Shown: positions 1 through 13,868, numbered from the stretch's first letter. The stretch is DNA of 64,000 nt from Lytechinus pictus (GCF_037042905.1 NC_087250.1:19160001-19224000), one strand, 5' to 3'. Notes: generated by a model from the letters alone, not told the origin. Made by a program: numbers and translations.

Positions 1-767
1 CAAAATTACTGTTTGACCGTGGGGCCGCCGAATTGACCTGAAATGAGGGGGCACCAAATTTACACATATTACTCAAGGGGGGTGCCGAATCGGCGTTTGA
101 TCTTTCGAGCGCCAATTTAATGTTTGACTGTGGGCGACTACTCGATCCTATATGTTTTTTTTCAACTTAGGAAATGGTGGGGAAGAGATAACAGAGAATG
201 GTCATGACGTCATCTATCCCAAAGCCCCCCTGCCTGTGTTATCTGCCTGAATTTTAATCAGTTATATTCTTAATTCGGAATAATTACCACATCTAATATT
301 TGTCGTTACGGGCATTACATTTTGGGGACATGGACATTCGCTAGCCATTGCGTTTGTAAAAAAAAAATAGCCTAGGGCTCACACGAAGCACAACGTTTAT
401 GGATGAAATCTATACATGAATACATCAATAAGCATAAATAAAGGATGACGATCAAGAAAGTACAAAATATAGAATTAAAAGGTTGATAAGCGGATTAAGA
501 AGGTTAAGTGGGGGGGGGGTGACAGTAAAGAAAGAGGTGTGAAAGGAGTAGATGTAGTTCCAATGCTATAATCCCTGTTGCAATGGAGAGAAGGATAAGG
601 CCTATAGTAATACTGAGGCCGCACCGAGGGTCCACAAGGTTAATTTTTCTTCCTCCCCTTATAATGATGTGTTGTTATGTAACTGCATCTAAGTCAAATG
701 TCTAGTTTGGGTGTCGATCAAGAGGATGTCATATCCCCCAACCCCATCCCATATTCCCGGTGGGTGT

Positions 768-1575
768 GGGCGCCGAATTGATATTTGAATTAGGGGGCGC
801 CGATATGATGTTCTAATTAGGGGGCACCGAATTGATGCTCAAATTAGGGGACGACGAATGAGGTTCGAACTACGGGGCCTAGGGGGCGACAAATTAATGT
901 TCAAATCAACAGGCGCCAAATTGATGTTCGAACTAGTTGACGCCGAAACGAAGTTCGAACTGGGGGCCGTAGGGGGGCGTCGAATACATGTTTGAACCAG
1001 GCGGCGCCAAATTGATTTTCGAACTGGGGGGCGCCAAATCGATGTTCTAACTAGGGGAGGCCCCAAACTGATGTTCGAACTAGGGGTGGGGCGCCAAATT
1101 GATGTCAGAACTAGGGGAGGCCCCAAACTGATGTTCAAACTAGTTGGGGGCGCCAATTGATTTTCGAACTGGGGAAAGCCGAATCAATGTTCGAACTAGG
1201 AGAGGGGTGCCAAAGTGATGTTCGAACTACGGGAGCGCCAAATCGATGTTTGAATGAGGGGGCGCCAAACAGATTTTCGAACTAAAGAGGCGCTGAATGA
1301 TGTTCGAACTAGAGGGGCGCCAAAGTGATATTCTACCTGGGGGGCATCAAATTGATGTTCGAACTAGGGGGCCTGAATTGGTGTTTGAACTAGGGGGCGC
1401 CGAATAGATGTTCGATCTAGAGGGGCGCAGAATGGATTTTCCAAGTGGGGGCGATTAGATGTTCGAATTTGGGGTCCCTAGGGGGGCGCCGAATCGATGT
1501 TTGAATGATGGGGCGCCGAACTGATGTTTGTATTAGAGGGTGCCACACTGATTTTCGAACGAGAGAAGCTCTGAA
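768..1575. repeat. Degenerate minisatellite, ~29-31 bp unit (GGGGCGCCAAATTGATGTTCGAACTAG); related units at 1-130
   Basis: Dozens of tandem copies of ggcgccaaa(t/c)tgatgttcgaacta are visible directly. Confidence 0.9.
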
Positions 1576-4500
1576 TTTAATATCCTCTTCATGAGTCACT
1601 GTAAACTGTTATAACCAGGTCTCTTTTCATATCAGTGTATTGATTTTTTTTTAGCTCGCGCTTCGCGCTCGCATTTAATTATTCAGTTACATACGCATCT
1701 TTTTTATGATTATAAACTGCTGAGAATGTTAAATTTTATATCAATATACATGAAATATACCAGAATATTAGGTCGCATTATTTACTTATGCCTTAGCCTA
1801 TCTTGCTATCTTGTGTGTAAGAACAAACCTTGGATGCATTTAAATCCCAGCTAATTCACTGATGAGGAGATTGGGTAGATTATCTTCGAGATTGCATCAT
1901 TTCCAACACGTTATCAATGATATTCCTGAAGGATATTCTAAAACGACTTGTAAAGAAGTTACAGCTTCAATTCTGCTGAGAGGTCAAACGAAATTGAAAC
2001 CCCCAAATGCATAAAACAGAAAACAAAAAAATCGCTCGCACTAATCACGGTCGCATTTATTATTTTTTAACTGGTATTACATATATTCATGGATTTTCTT
2101 TCACGAACACATCATTTGAAAAAGTGATCTTCAAATAGCCTTAAGTTTTTTCATGTGACTATGATAGAATTCAACAATTTTATGTTTGCCTTGCGAGGAG
2201 GGAGGGGCGCTATTTTTCGAAAAGTGCATAGGGGGGCCAAAATCAGGTCGACCCTCCGGCGTTCAAAATCCTGGATACGCGCCTACCCCACCCCCACACA
2301 GATGTCGGGCTAGAGGGTCGTGGACCCCAAAAACGTTTCAAGACCAAGAATGGGGGGAAATGAGAAGGAAAAGAAAAAGGGTGAAATACGATATGTATAT
2401 ATTTGTTTAATAATGTCAAAATATATCACAATATTAGACTAAATTGTATCAAACAGGGGGGAAAATCTACTTAAAAAATCACAGTGAACAATATGGGAAT
2501 AGAGGTTTCATTAATGGATAGAATTATTAATGCATATTATTATTAGAATGAGCAAAAATAGAGGTTTTGCTGGTATATCTATACTTTTTTACCAAGGGGA
2601 GTTGCAAATCGGAGGATCTACATAGTATACGTGATTTCGACATCATAACATGTTGTCCAGTTGTCCTAAAACTTTAATTGATCTTAAAGGGATCTTTAGT
2701 TGTATATTGACTGCTATCAGTGTTCTTTAATATGAAAAAAGTATGTGATACCCCAAGTAATTATTGTGCTTTTGGAATTGAATTCCCATTTTTTTTTTTT
2801 TTTTTTTTTTTTTTGGGGGGGGGGGTATTATTGATATGTGTTGTAGGTAGGCATGCTTGTTTCTGTTAAAGTACCTTATTGGAATATAAAATATTGGTCT
2901 GGCCTGTACCAACGCGATATTACGTACATTTCGTAACTGCGAATCCGAGCGTCGCAAATCGGGTCTCAAAAGTTTTGCGAGAATTGAAAGCCAAATCTCA
3001 GCGAGCAGCCCGGCCCAAAAAAATATTGCGGTGGGGTTATCCCGAAAAATTTCGGGGGAGGGGGTGCATAATAGGAGCACTAATAGCTCTCGTCTTTGTT
3101 CGTATAATTATTATAACCACCACCACCATCACATCTCCTTGATCATAATTTATATTTTCCTAAAGCTCTTACTTCCCTTGCGCACTTTTCGACAGTTGAG
3201 TAGTTTATAGGGGGGGGGACGTTCTCAGGTCACAAAATAGAGCCATACACACCCACACAAATAATATTTGTTGATGCAAAAACAATTAAAAAAGATTATT
3301 CCAAAAGTAAACTAAGAATGAATCTGTACATATTCCTAATCTATAATCAAAAGGGAATAGTAATACAAAACAAAATTTTCTAGAAATCTCTCTGAATATA
3401 ATTATAAGACACAAACATACTTATAATCTATAGATTTCTTTTATTTACAATATCAAATCAAAATACTTTGAGGGAGTTATAATAATAATAATGATAATAA
3501 AAACACACACACACAAAAGAAATAAGTTTCAACCATCAACCCCCACCCCACCCCCGATAAACAATTAAAGCATAAGAAGAAAAGGAGATAGAGAGAAAAA
3601 GCAGACCTCACCTAAGGAGGTGATAATGAAGACGATACTGATAATAGGAACAACATTAATAATTTAACAGCACTAATAATTCATTCTGGAAATCAAAAGC
3701 CTTTAAAACTAAAAAAAATCAACCAATTAGTTTTCGAAAAGGGGGTAATTTATGTTGTTAGTCATGATTGAAAGGGTAAAATTCCACCCCTTAAATGCTC
3801 CCGCTAGAAGAAGTGCAAATTTCGCTGGGGCAGGGGGAAGATGCCCCTCCTCTCAGAAATTTTGAAAATTTACATTGTTTACTGAAAACACACAATTCAC
3901 CTAAAGTATCTGCACGGCCTTTCAAATTTACTTTAGAAAATGCAAAATCGCCACATAAGACGCTTCGCTCACTCGCTTTCGATCGAGTTTCTTTTAACAT
4001 TTTATTTGTCGTGCCCCCCCCCCCCCCTTCCCCCGGCCGGTGAAAATTCTGCTATGGTCATGTTTCTACATCATGAGCTGGAGATTGTGCGTGGCACTCA
4101 TTTTTCCCAGGATGTTTTATCTGCATAGCATTTAGATTATAAATTGGTTGGCTATCCATATTGAAATGTGAATACATTATACCGTATGACTTTTTGAATA
4201 AAAAAAACTTCACATCTTCATGAACACATATGATTATTATAGTTCTTCCAAATTATTTGACACCATAACGCTTGGATGATCAGCGGATATGCAGTGATAT
4301 GTAAATGTTAATCTGATGCACCAAAGTAAGGCATGACTGCAATGAATGAATGCAGGTGTAAATGATGCCATATAATCCTACAATAGTTGTATTAACATCC
4401 TTTTCAAATCACATTTTCAGGAATCTACATTATAATTGTAAATAAACACTTTTTTAGTTTCAATTATCAAGTTAATGTCATTGAAAAGGGATTTGCAAAT

Positions 4501-5220
4501 TATTATGTTTACTAACTCATGTAGGATTATGACATCATTGGCAGCTGGGGTTCATTCATTGCAATCATGCCATACTTTGGCGCAAATAAAAATTTACATC
4601 ACTGTAAATAATACCTACTGATTATCCAAGCGTGAAGACATACCAAGTAAATATGGTATTAAATTATTTGGGAGAAGATACTCTTTCCAACCACATATAG
4701 TGGTTGTGCTTTCATGACATATTTTTTTATTAAAGTGGGGATTTGTGTGGTGTCCCCCGGTTTTTTTTTTTTCGTTTTTATTTTACTCACACATTAGATT
4801 GCGAGCAACTGTAATAATGCTAACGTGCAGGTTTCGTTATTCTAATTACATTTATCTATTTGGGAGTTCACAAATATGTTATCACTTACTGTTTGTGTCG
4901 CCAGCGTACACTCGAATCTGGTCCCTTGCTGCGTGTGTCCTCCGAGTTCACCTGAAATCAAACCATGATTCAGCCATCTTCACGAGGTCGCACAAATTCA
5001 ATATCCACCAAACATACATGCCAAACCTTCAACGACGCGTGTTCGCAGAATTACGTAACCCGGTCCGACACTTAACACTGTACGTGAAGAATGTGAACCG
5101 ACAATTATTACAATAGACCACGTGGTCATATTAGAAGAACCAATCACGTACATCGTTCTCCTCGGTTTATTTTGGGCATGCGCTACCCGCCAGTGGACGT
5201 AATCAATGACGTAATCTCCA

Positions 5221-5360
5221 GGGGTCCGTTGCAGAAAGAGTTGCCAAGTCAAAAAATCAATCGCAAGTCCAAAATGCACGCTGCTCATGATTGGCTGAAA
5301 ATCAAGTTGCGCATGGTTTTTAGAGTTGCGTTTGATTGCAACTCTTTCTGCAACGGGCCC
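5221..5360. mobile_element. Small PIF/Harbinger-like MITE
   Basis: TIR GGGTCCGTTGCAGAAAGAGTTGC...GCAACTCTTTCTGCAACGGGCCC with CWG-type flanks; followed by a short inverted duplicate (5363-5387) of an internal segment. Confidence 0.65.
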
Positions 5361-5485
5361 TGCAATCAAACGCAACTCTAAAAATCAGGAGGCGAGGAAA
5401 ATTTGGAATTCCAACATTCCAATTGTGAGAACGAGGGAGTTCGCATAACAGTTTCTTCTTACTTTGTTGGCGTCAAATAACGTAG

Positions 5486-8262
5486 TAGTCCAGGATAGAA
5501 GGGGTCGAACCTTGTTTTTTTAGATATACAATGTTTTTTAATGGTTTCTTGTCAATTCGAGGGTGCTGATTCCGAATCTGAATGATGCCACTCGTGTAAC
5601 CTTGAGCGTTTTCTGCAAATTGGCAAAATCCAATATGGCCGCCGAAATATTCATATTACCCATGACAATCATAAAATTGTCCACACATTGGCTATAAAGT
5701 ACATGCAATTGTGCTGCCGGAGTGAAATAATATCTGAAAAAATGATTTTTGACAAAATATTTATTTTCTTCATATTCAAAATGGCCGCCATAGACCCCTG
5801 TACAATATGAATGGGGAAAATTAATTTTCACAAAAGTGAGCACTGGAATGCAAGTAATAATGATCTATGAGTGAAGAAATGTCTGAAAATAGGATTGCTA
5901 ACGATATATAACATTTGTTATGTCATGTTTGTGATAAATCCTGTATTTTGATATTCAAAATGGCCTCCAAAAGCCCTAACACTATTATGTACAATGTGAA
6001 TGGTGACAAAAAAAATCACGAGAGTGAGCACTAAAATGCATTTTGTTAAGATAAACGAGCGGAATACTGACTAAAAACATTATTGTTAACGAAATTTATT
6101 ATTCAACATGCCATTTATGTGATAAATCATGTATTTTGATATTTAAAATGGCCGCCAAAGGCCCTAAAACTATGATGTACGATGTGAGAGAGGATATAAA
6201 CAATCACAAGGTGAGCGCTAAAACGCATGCTTTGTGGTAAATTAGTGGAATACTGTCTTAAAATATTAATTTTCAACGAAATATATTATTCGGGTTTCAT
6301 GTTTGTGTTGAATATTGTATTTTGACTTTCAAAATTGCCGCCAAAGACATTGACTGTATTATGTACAATTGATATGGGAAACCAATTTTCACAGGAGTCA
6401 GCACCATAAAATGCATATAATTGTGATTTAAGAGTAAAATATTGTCTGAAGACATAATTTCTTACAGGATATATCATTTATTCTGCCAGGTAGGGGATAA
6501 ATAATGTATTTTGAAAGTCAAAATGGCCGCTACAGGCCCTAACGGTAGGTCTAGTATGTATGTGAATGGGAACATATAATTTTAACAGAATTTGGCTTTG
6601 CTTGACTAAATGGTGTTACATGTATGAGTGAAATATCGTCTGAAAATATGATTTCTAACGAAATAGATAATTTCTTATGTTATTTAGGAGATAAATGCTA
6701 TATTTCAATATTCAAATGGCTGCAATATGCTTTTTTTGTAGAAATTATCTTTCCTCATTCAAATTTTACATATTAAGATAAGGGGCTATGGCGGCAATTT
6801 CTCAATTTCAAAATGCAGCATTCATCACCTTTATGACACAAGCTATGATATATTTCGTTAGAAATCATTGGGTTTAGACAATACTGAACACTTACATCAA
6901 AATTAAGCAATTTTCATAGTAAAAATTATGTCAAAATTATCACTCCCCAGTTAAAATGTACATACTACTTTGGGCTATGGCAGCCATTTTGAATTTCAAA
7001 GTAAGGCATTTATTACCTTCTCGACCAATATGTGATGTATTTAGTTAGAAATCATGTTCAAGACCAAATTTTACCTATACATCACATAGTTACGTGCGTT
7101 TTTGGTTCTCATTCTGGTGAAAATTAGTTTCCCTATACGCATGATACATAATTTTATAGTAAGGGCTTGTAGCAGCAATTTTTAAAGTAAAAATACAGTA
7201 TTTATCAACTACATGCTATATTTAATTTAGAAAAAAATCACGCTTTCAAAAAATATTTTCCTCGTACAACAGAATAATTTGGATTTCATAGTCAGGCAAA
7301 TTCTAATTCTTTCAAAAGTATTTGTCCCCATTTACATTGTAGATAATACTGTTAGGGCCCATAGGGGCCATTTTGAATTTTATAATACAGCATTTATCTC
7401 ATGCATGAAAAAGGAAATGATATGTTTCGCTAGAAAACATGTTCTTAGACAATATTTCACTCGTAGATTACAATTACATTCATTTTTTTGTTCTTACTCT
7501 TGTGAAAATTTGTTTCTTCATTCGCTTTGTTCATAATACTGATAGGACCTATGGCAGCCATTTTGAATGTCAAAATGCAGCATAATTACCGAAATTGCAA
7601 GGGTAATTATATGTTTCGTTAGAAACCATTGTTGACAGACATTTTTACACCAATATTTCGCAGTTATTGGCATTTTATAGTCAAGCAAATTCAAATGTTG
7701 TGAAAATTATTTGTCCCCTCTTATATATTATACACAGTATATATAGGGGGTCTATGACAGCCATTTTGAATATCATAATACGGCATTTATCACATTAGAT
7801 AGTATACAATGACATAGTTATGTTAATAATCATGTTTTCAGACATAAGTCCACTCGTAGGTCACAATCACATGCAATAATAGTGCTCTTGTTTGAAAATT
7901 ATTTCCCCCAATTCATATTCTACATAATAAAGTATACAGAGGTTATGGCGGCCATTTTGAATATCAAAGAAATAAATATTTTGTAAAATATCGCTTTTCC
8001 AACGAGTATTTCACTTCTGCACAACAACTGCATGCATTTTATAGTTAATGTGTGGGCAATTTTATGATTTTCATGGGTAATTTGCATATTTTGGCTGCCA
8101 TATTGGATTTTGCCAATTTGCGGAAAATGCTCAAGGTTACAAGAGTGGCATCATTCAGATTCGGAATCAGCACCCTCGAATTGACAAGAAACCATAAAAA
8201 AACATTGTATATCTGAAAAAAACAAGGTTCGACCCCTTCTCTATGGGGCCTATCCTGGACTA
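5486..8262. mobile_element. Non-autonomous foldback DNA transposon, Academ-like
   Basis: Termini TAGTCCAGGATAG...CTATCCTGGACTA, inverted arms of several hundred bp, 3-bp TSD TAG (5483-5485 and 8263-8265). Internal ~190-bp subrepeats (ATTCAAAATGGCCGCC) switch orientation near 6730. Confidence 0.75.
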
Positions 8263-8552
8263 TAGGGGGTTAGGCCGGGGGATCGGAGCACTGATAAAAA
8301 AAGGAAGAAAAAATGGGGAAATCAGTGAAAGAGATGGAAGAAGATGAATGAAGAAAAATGAAGATGAGTATTGAAAGCAATGTTGCATCTGCCATTTAGA
8401 TATATCCATAGAGAAATGGTGCAATATGAATATGTTTCTATTATTATCATCATCATTATCATATTGTATACTGCAAACAATGTAAACATTTTTTATAATG
8501 TATTGTGAACGTAGAAATAAAAATCAAACAAATAAAAAATGAAATTAAAGTA

Positions 8553-8708
8553 TTCATTATTATTATTATCATTATTGTTATTATCATTTTATTATTATTA
8601 TCATTATTATTATTATTATAATAATTATTGTTATTATTATTTTATTATCATTATTATTATTATCATCATTATTATTATTATTATACTTATTGTTATTATT
8701 ATTTTATT
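8553..8708. repeat. (ATT)n microsatellite
   Basis: Imperfect ATT/ATC tandem run. Confidence 0.95.
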
Positions 8709-9392
8709 CAGCAAAGAAATGTAAAAAAAATGCAATAACAGATGAGGAGTATGTAGCTATTCTTTGTAGGCTCTATACAATAAGCCTATCCATTTTTTTT
8801 TTTTCAGTTCAGAAAAAAAATATATTTTTTCATCTTGCACTAACTGGCCCTGTTCATCCCTGACTGTCTCGACAATGTTCATCTTTGCAACTCCTTGGTT
8901 TATTTTTTTTGGCGTAAATCCAATCCTGTCAGTAGGTGATATAATGAGCTGCAAATTCAAATTTTCGGGGGTACCCTGGGGTCCTGGGAACGATTTTTTT
9001 TTTTATAGGGGGTTGATGTAAATTTGAAGGAAAAAAGGGTTTTCACTACCAAGTGAGATCAAATTGGTCTCGATAAATTTGGAAGAAAAAAGGGGAGGGG
9101 GTTCACTACAAAATTAAGTTCATTTTGGTGACATTTTTCAGTTTTTCTTCCAGAATACCTGGGGGTGCTTCCTATGGAGAATAACTACACGCAGCACCCC
9201 CCGCTTCCCAGGGCCATGGGGCGCGTACCCCGGCCCACTTCAAGGCCGCGGGGTCACGTAAGACTATATTATCTATCACTTTTGGTCATGATGAGAAGTA
9301 ATGAAAAATATGCATCTTTAATTGGTGAATATATATGTTTCATGGTTTATTGTGACAGAAACGAGAGAGGGTGTTTAATTAAGTAGACTTTA

Positions 9393-9870
9393 TTAAAGGG
9401 GAACTTCACCCTGAAGAACAGTGTGATGTAAAAATACCAGAAAAGAAATAGAAAGATTTTGTTGAATTTAGGTCTATCAATAAGATATATATATTTTTTT
9501 CATTTGTGACGTCAATCAAATGCCGTAACGAGTAGATGCCCCAAATCAAATAAAAAATACGAGCAAATAGGCCTTATATGAAACGTACAGTATATACCAT
9601 TCCATAGAGAGCAGGATCGACCTCTGAAAGACCGCTGTAAGACTATGTGTAAAATTATTTGTCTGTTGATATACTGAAGGCAAATAACAACCATTTTATA
9701 TTTTATTACTTTTATTTATTTTTAAATGATGTTTCATTTATTATGGGGGAAGCCGGCAGCTCACAAATGACGTCACAAAAAAAAAAAAAAAAAATCTATC
9801 TTTGTAGATCAAACTTTACCATATTTTTTTCTATTAACATACACTTTTGTCAGGGGTATCAGTCCTCTTT
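9393..9870. mobile_element. Degenerate Kolobok-like MITE
   Basis: TTAA-AGGGGAACTTCACCCTG left end, degenerate right end, inverted subterminal segments each containing TGACGTCA. Confidence 0.5.
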
Positions 9871-10730
9871 TCCTGGCATATGATTCCAGCTAAAACTATA
9901 AGCTCGCATGATTTCAATAATTGCCCCCCCCCCAAAAAAAAAAAAAAAAAAAAATGAAATAACAAATAAATAAACAAAAATATTTAACCATATGCATGCT
10001 CCATGAGGGTAATTATGTGTCCAACCAACGTTGGGCATTTTTATTTATCCAGTGTGATGAAAGTTTTGCCCATTCTAAAGTAATTGCTGCTTATCCCCCC
10101 CCCCCCCCCCTCCCCCATAATTAGTAGGACCCTCGAGCTGGTTAAAATTTTACCCAATACAGTGTATTTTGTCCATATAGAGATATATCCAGGGACTTCC
10201 CTGATATATCTCTATGATTTTGTCCGACGTGGCACGCGAGTAGTGTGAATGATAGCAACCCCCCCCCCCCCTTCGTAGGTTAAACTAGTCTTATTCTGCA
10301 AGTTGAACATGATTCGCTAATGAATTTGTTGAGGAATTAGGTGAGGATATCACATTTCTCTAGAACAAAATAATCTAAAATCAATGATTTGATGATCACG
10401 CTTTTAATTCATATCAATAAAAAACATCTTAATATTAAGAAATAATGAAATAAAACAAATTTCAAGGCAGCAAATTGCTTACTTTAAATAAGAGTCTTCT
10501 GAAAATAGACTATCGTAATTTGAGGTAAAGAATACGAGTGTTTTGATACACATACACGCAATAAGGTACAAAGTTCTTCAGCTCAGCTTGTTTATTTCGT
10601 CACTGAAATCGCCTTTTTATACCAACTGCTAATGTGTAACAGCTGTTTCTATAATTCTCACATTTGCATCTAAGACTCGACATATTTTCTCGACCTTCTT
10701 CGAACTTTTCGGGCCAAAAAACAAGCAATA

Positions 10731-10946
10731 ATGTCGGAAGACCATTTTGATGAACTGGAACATTACAACTACGATCCTCCCATTCACAGCGGAGCCAGCG
10801 GCAAGGGGCTGACAAAAAAGGAGAAAGCTACCAAAGAACACGGGAACCCTCATACGACCAAGGAGGCCCGTCTTGTTGAAGATCAAATAACGAACTCGGA
10901 GCAGAAAAAGAAAGATAAAGTCAAGAAACAGGGCAGCAAAGAATAG
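10731..10946 (+). CDS. NUPR1: Nuclear protein 1 / p8 family stress-response protein (71 aa)
   Basis: MSEDHFDELEHYNYD...SGASGKGLTKKE...ITNSEQKK resembles insect p8 (MSEAHFDEYEHYNFD...SGHSGKQRNKRE) and the human NUPR1 C-terminus (LQNSERKK), both recalled from memory; acidic N-terminus, basic C-terminus, expected size. Confidence 0.85.
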   Translation: MSEDHFDELEHYNYDPPIHSGASGKGLTKKEKATKEHGNPHTTKEARLVEDQITNSEQKKKDKVKKQGSKE

Positions 10947-11037
10947 AGCTGAAAACGGTAACAACGGGTATAAGATGATAGGTGAGAAAAAAAAATGAAA
11001 TTTGACTTGAGTCAAGTACCGTAAATCGTAATATTTG

Positions 11038-11464
11038 CCCGGGGGGGGGGGGGGGCCCTGTCAAATATATTGATGTACACACGCGTGACCAAAAGAACGC
11101 GTTTAAAGGGGGGGGTTTTCAGTCTTGGACGTGGTCCGTGCGTGGACTCGTTAAGGGTATCAAAAACACTGATATTCAAGAAAAAGGGTGGTATTTGGGG
11201 TATGTTTTTTTCCCCAAAGCTTTTTTTTTTTTAAGACTAGCCAAACGTGTTTAGCTTTAGGGTATGTTTTTTTACCAAGCTTTTTCCCCCGAGGTCATTA
11301 TTTTGGCGACATCTTGTTTAGGGGCGAAAATGTATTTTTTTTTAAGCCCGCGAAAAACTTGTTAAGGGTTTATTTTGCACACAGAGAAAAACTTGTTTAG
11401 GGGGTGTTTGGAAATTTCTTGGTCACGCGTGTGTACAGCAATATATTTGACTGGCCCCCCCGGG
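11038..11464. mobile_element. MITE with CCCGGGGG termini and 8-bp TSD
   Basis: TIR CCC(G)n..GTCAAATATATTG.TGTACACACGCGTGACC at both ends; exact TSD AATATTTG at 11030-11037 and 11465-11472. Confidence 0.9.
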
Positions 11465-11500
11465 AATATTTGTAGGGTCTACCTCACTCAAGAGTCAAGT

Positions 11501-12170
11501 TAAGGGTTCATTACATGCCACCACGCACAGAAAAATCAAGCCATAGAAGTTGTGTGTTGTGGACACCAGAAGTGGGATCGCAGCACGCGCGACCCTCTAG
11601 TTAGAAATCCATTGCCAAACGCGGTTCATGGTGTTGCAAGGTTAGTGGGTCTACCTAACCCAACAATGCCCAAAGTACGCGTCAGTCGCAAGTTGCCCCT
11701 GGTTAGTTGAGGAAGGCTGGGTCTTTGATTGAAGTGAATAATAAGATAATGGTAATCCCGGGTTTTAGAGGCATGATTTGATTATAAACACAGGTCAAGT
11801 ACGGTACTGACTGTTGTGTCATTTATCAATTATGCATGCCCCCCTCCCAGGCCCCATCCAAATATCTATATATGATAGGCCCATTAAAGACGCATATGCA
11901 TGAACTGTCCATGAGAAAACCAACAAGAAAGAGTCCTATAATGGGAAGATTTTAATGGCCAATAATTCTCTTTATTTCCATGGATTCCACAACATGATAG
12001 TTCCCCACTCACACAAGTGTGAGGGTAGTATTAGTATTAACCTCGCAACCGCATTGGCAGTGGATTTCTTACCAGTGGGTCGCTCGTGCTGCAACGCCAC
12101 TTCTGGCGTCCACAACACACAACTTATATGGCTTTGATTTTTCTGTGCGCGGTGGCATAATGAACCCTTG
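11501..12170. mobile_element. MITE with ~150-bp TIRs and CAAGGG termini (P-like)
   Basis: (C/T)AAGGGTTCATTA...TAATGAACCCTTG; degenerate TSD AGTCAAGT/AGTCAGAG; a second arm of this family lies at 52252-52415. Confidence 0.75.
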
Positions 12171-12864
12171 AGTCAGAGTGGATAGTTCCCCTTGGAAATT
12201 TGAAATTATGGCACAATATTATATAAACGCCAATGATCCATTTATTATAATGATATTTTTATCTTTCCATTCTTTGATGTTTTGGAATCCAGGTTTAAAA
12301 CGACGATGGATTTGTGACGAGAAAATGGGATATGGTGTCAGCGAAAAAAGGGACCAGAGCAAGGCCAAGGACAAAGGGATCTTGCAATCATGAATCAATT
12401 TAAGGGAAGTGAGAAACCAGAAGAGCGCCCTCTACTGCCTGCCTCTCGCCATGGTCAAGGCATTCCTTAGCTAGCCAGAGGGACTTTGAACAGGAGACGG
12501 TGAATGAAAATTAACTCATTTGTGAACTTTTTTTTTTAATTTCTTGTCCTTTAAAAAATTAGATGTCTTCTATTTTTCTGTGCAAAGTAATAGAGTCTGG
12601 GTTATTTCTTAATAGCTGGAAGGAATTGGAATGGTAGACGGTGAAAATAAACTAATTTGTGGACATTTTTGTTTCTAATTTCTTATACTACTTTGAAAAT
12701 TAGATGTATTCTTTTTTTTTGTGCTCATAGAGCTAGACAATCATATCAATTACATGGTTTTGTGTAACTTACCCTCATGTAAAAGTTATTCACTCAAATG
12801 GAGATGATGCTAAGGCCTTATGAAAACCAGTGTTATTTTTCGAGTATTTCCATGGGAGGAAACT

Positions 12865-13353
12865 TTAGGTCGGAATTTCACTTTGGTATGAATGTTGGTT
12901 TCAATAAAAGCAGGAAAAAAATTAAGAAACATTTTGGTGAAGATTTGCCAAAAAATCCATACATGCAAGCTGCTCCCCCATATCTATCTAGGTCATTTGA
13001 TGTAAATTTGATAAAATGCAGTTTTCTCAGAAAATTTACATTATTTCATCTGTGCATTCATCATATCTTTAAAGTTTAAACATATCTTGTACCCTCTCCT
13101 AAAGAAAAATCAATTAATATTGCGAGTCATAAACTATTAAAAAAGTGGAAATTATTTGAATGATATTGCAGGTATATGAAATCAATGCATGGACCTGCTG
13201 CTCGCATAATGAGGTCACAACTTCAAATCTTAAAATCTCACACCTGTCTTGTTCTCTGTTGGATTTCACAAACTTTCACCAATATTTTCATTAATCTTTT
13301 TTCTGCTATTATCACAAGACATTTATTGCCAAGGTGACTGAATTCCCCTTTAA
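12865..13353. mobile_element. Degenerate Kolobok-like MITE
   Basis: Right end GAATTCCCCT-TTAA; left end degenerate. Confidence 0.45.
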
Positions 13354-13649
13354 CAAGTACAGCATGAAATGGATTCTCACAATTCATTTTATCATGTTTT
13401 CTTGACCTTTTCAAGGAGACCTGCTCATTTTTATTTCGAAAAGTGTGGTTATGACTCACAGTGGGGATGGCAAATGGACTTGGAAAAGATATGGTAAAAG
13501 ATTGAATAGCTGAAAGATTCGCATCTTTTGTTCCCATTCCAAATTGATCTTGAAAAAAAAAACCTTGATTAACATGTGGATAATTAGAAAATGTGTGTTA
13601 CATGTAGTCGTAATTTCTTAAGTTAGGATTCTAATCTAGTCATTGTTTA

Positions 13650-13868
13650 AGGCCCTGTTACATCGTTCCATGCAAGCCTTGCGGGTGAGTTGCGTCTGTC
13701 ACTCGCAACTCACCCACAACAGAGTATTGAGCATGTTCAAATCTTTTCTGCGTGCAAATCAGACTTGTTTGTGCTTCTGTGGGCAACTGCGTGTGAGATA
13801 CGGTCAATGCGGGCAACCTGCAACCCCGCATATCAGAAACAAAAGCATGTCATGATGTGACAGAGCCT
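13650..13868. mobile_element. PIF/Harbinger-like MITE
   Basis: AGGCCCTGTTACA...TGTGACAGAGCCT with TTA on both sides; a related decayed copy lies near 40570-40752. Confidence 0.7.

Noticed and set aside
839..1599. ORFs with repeated TSIWRPP motifs
   Set aside because: They are translations of the minisatellite.
8539..8724. Signal-peptide-like poly-L/Y/I ORF
   Set aside because: It is the (ATT)n microsatellite.
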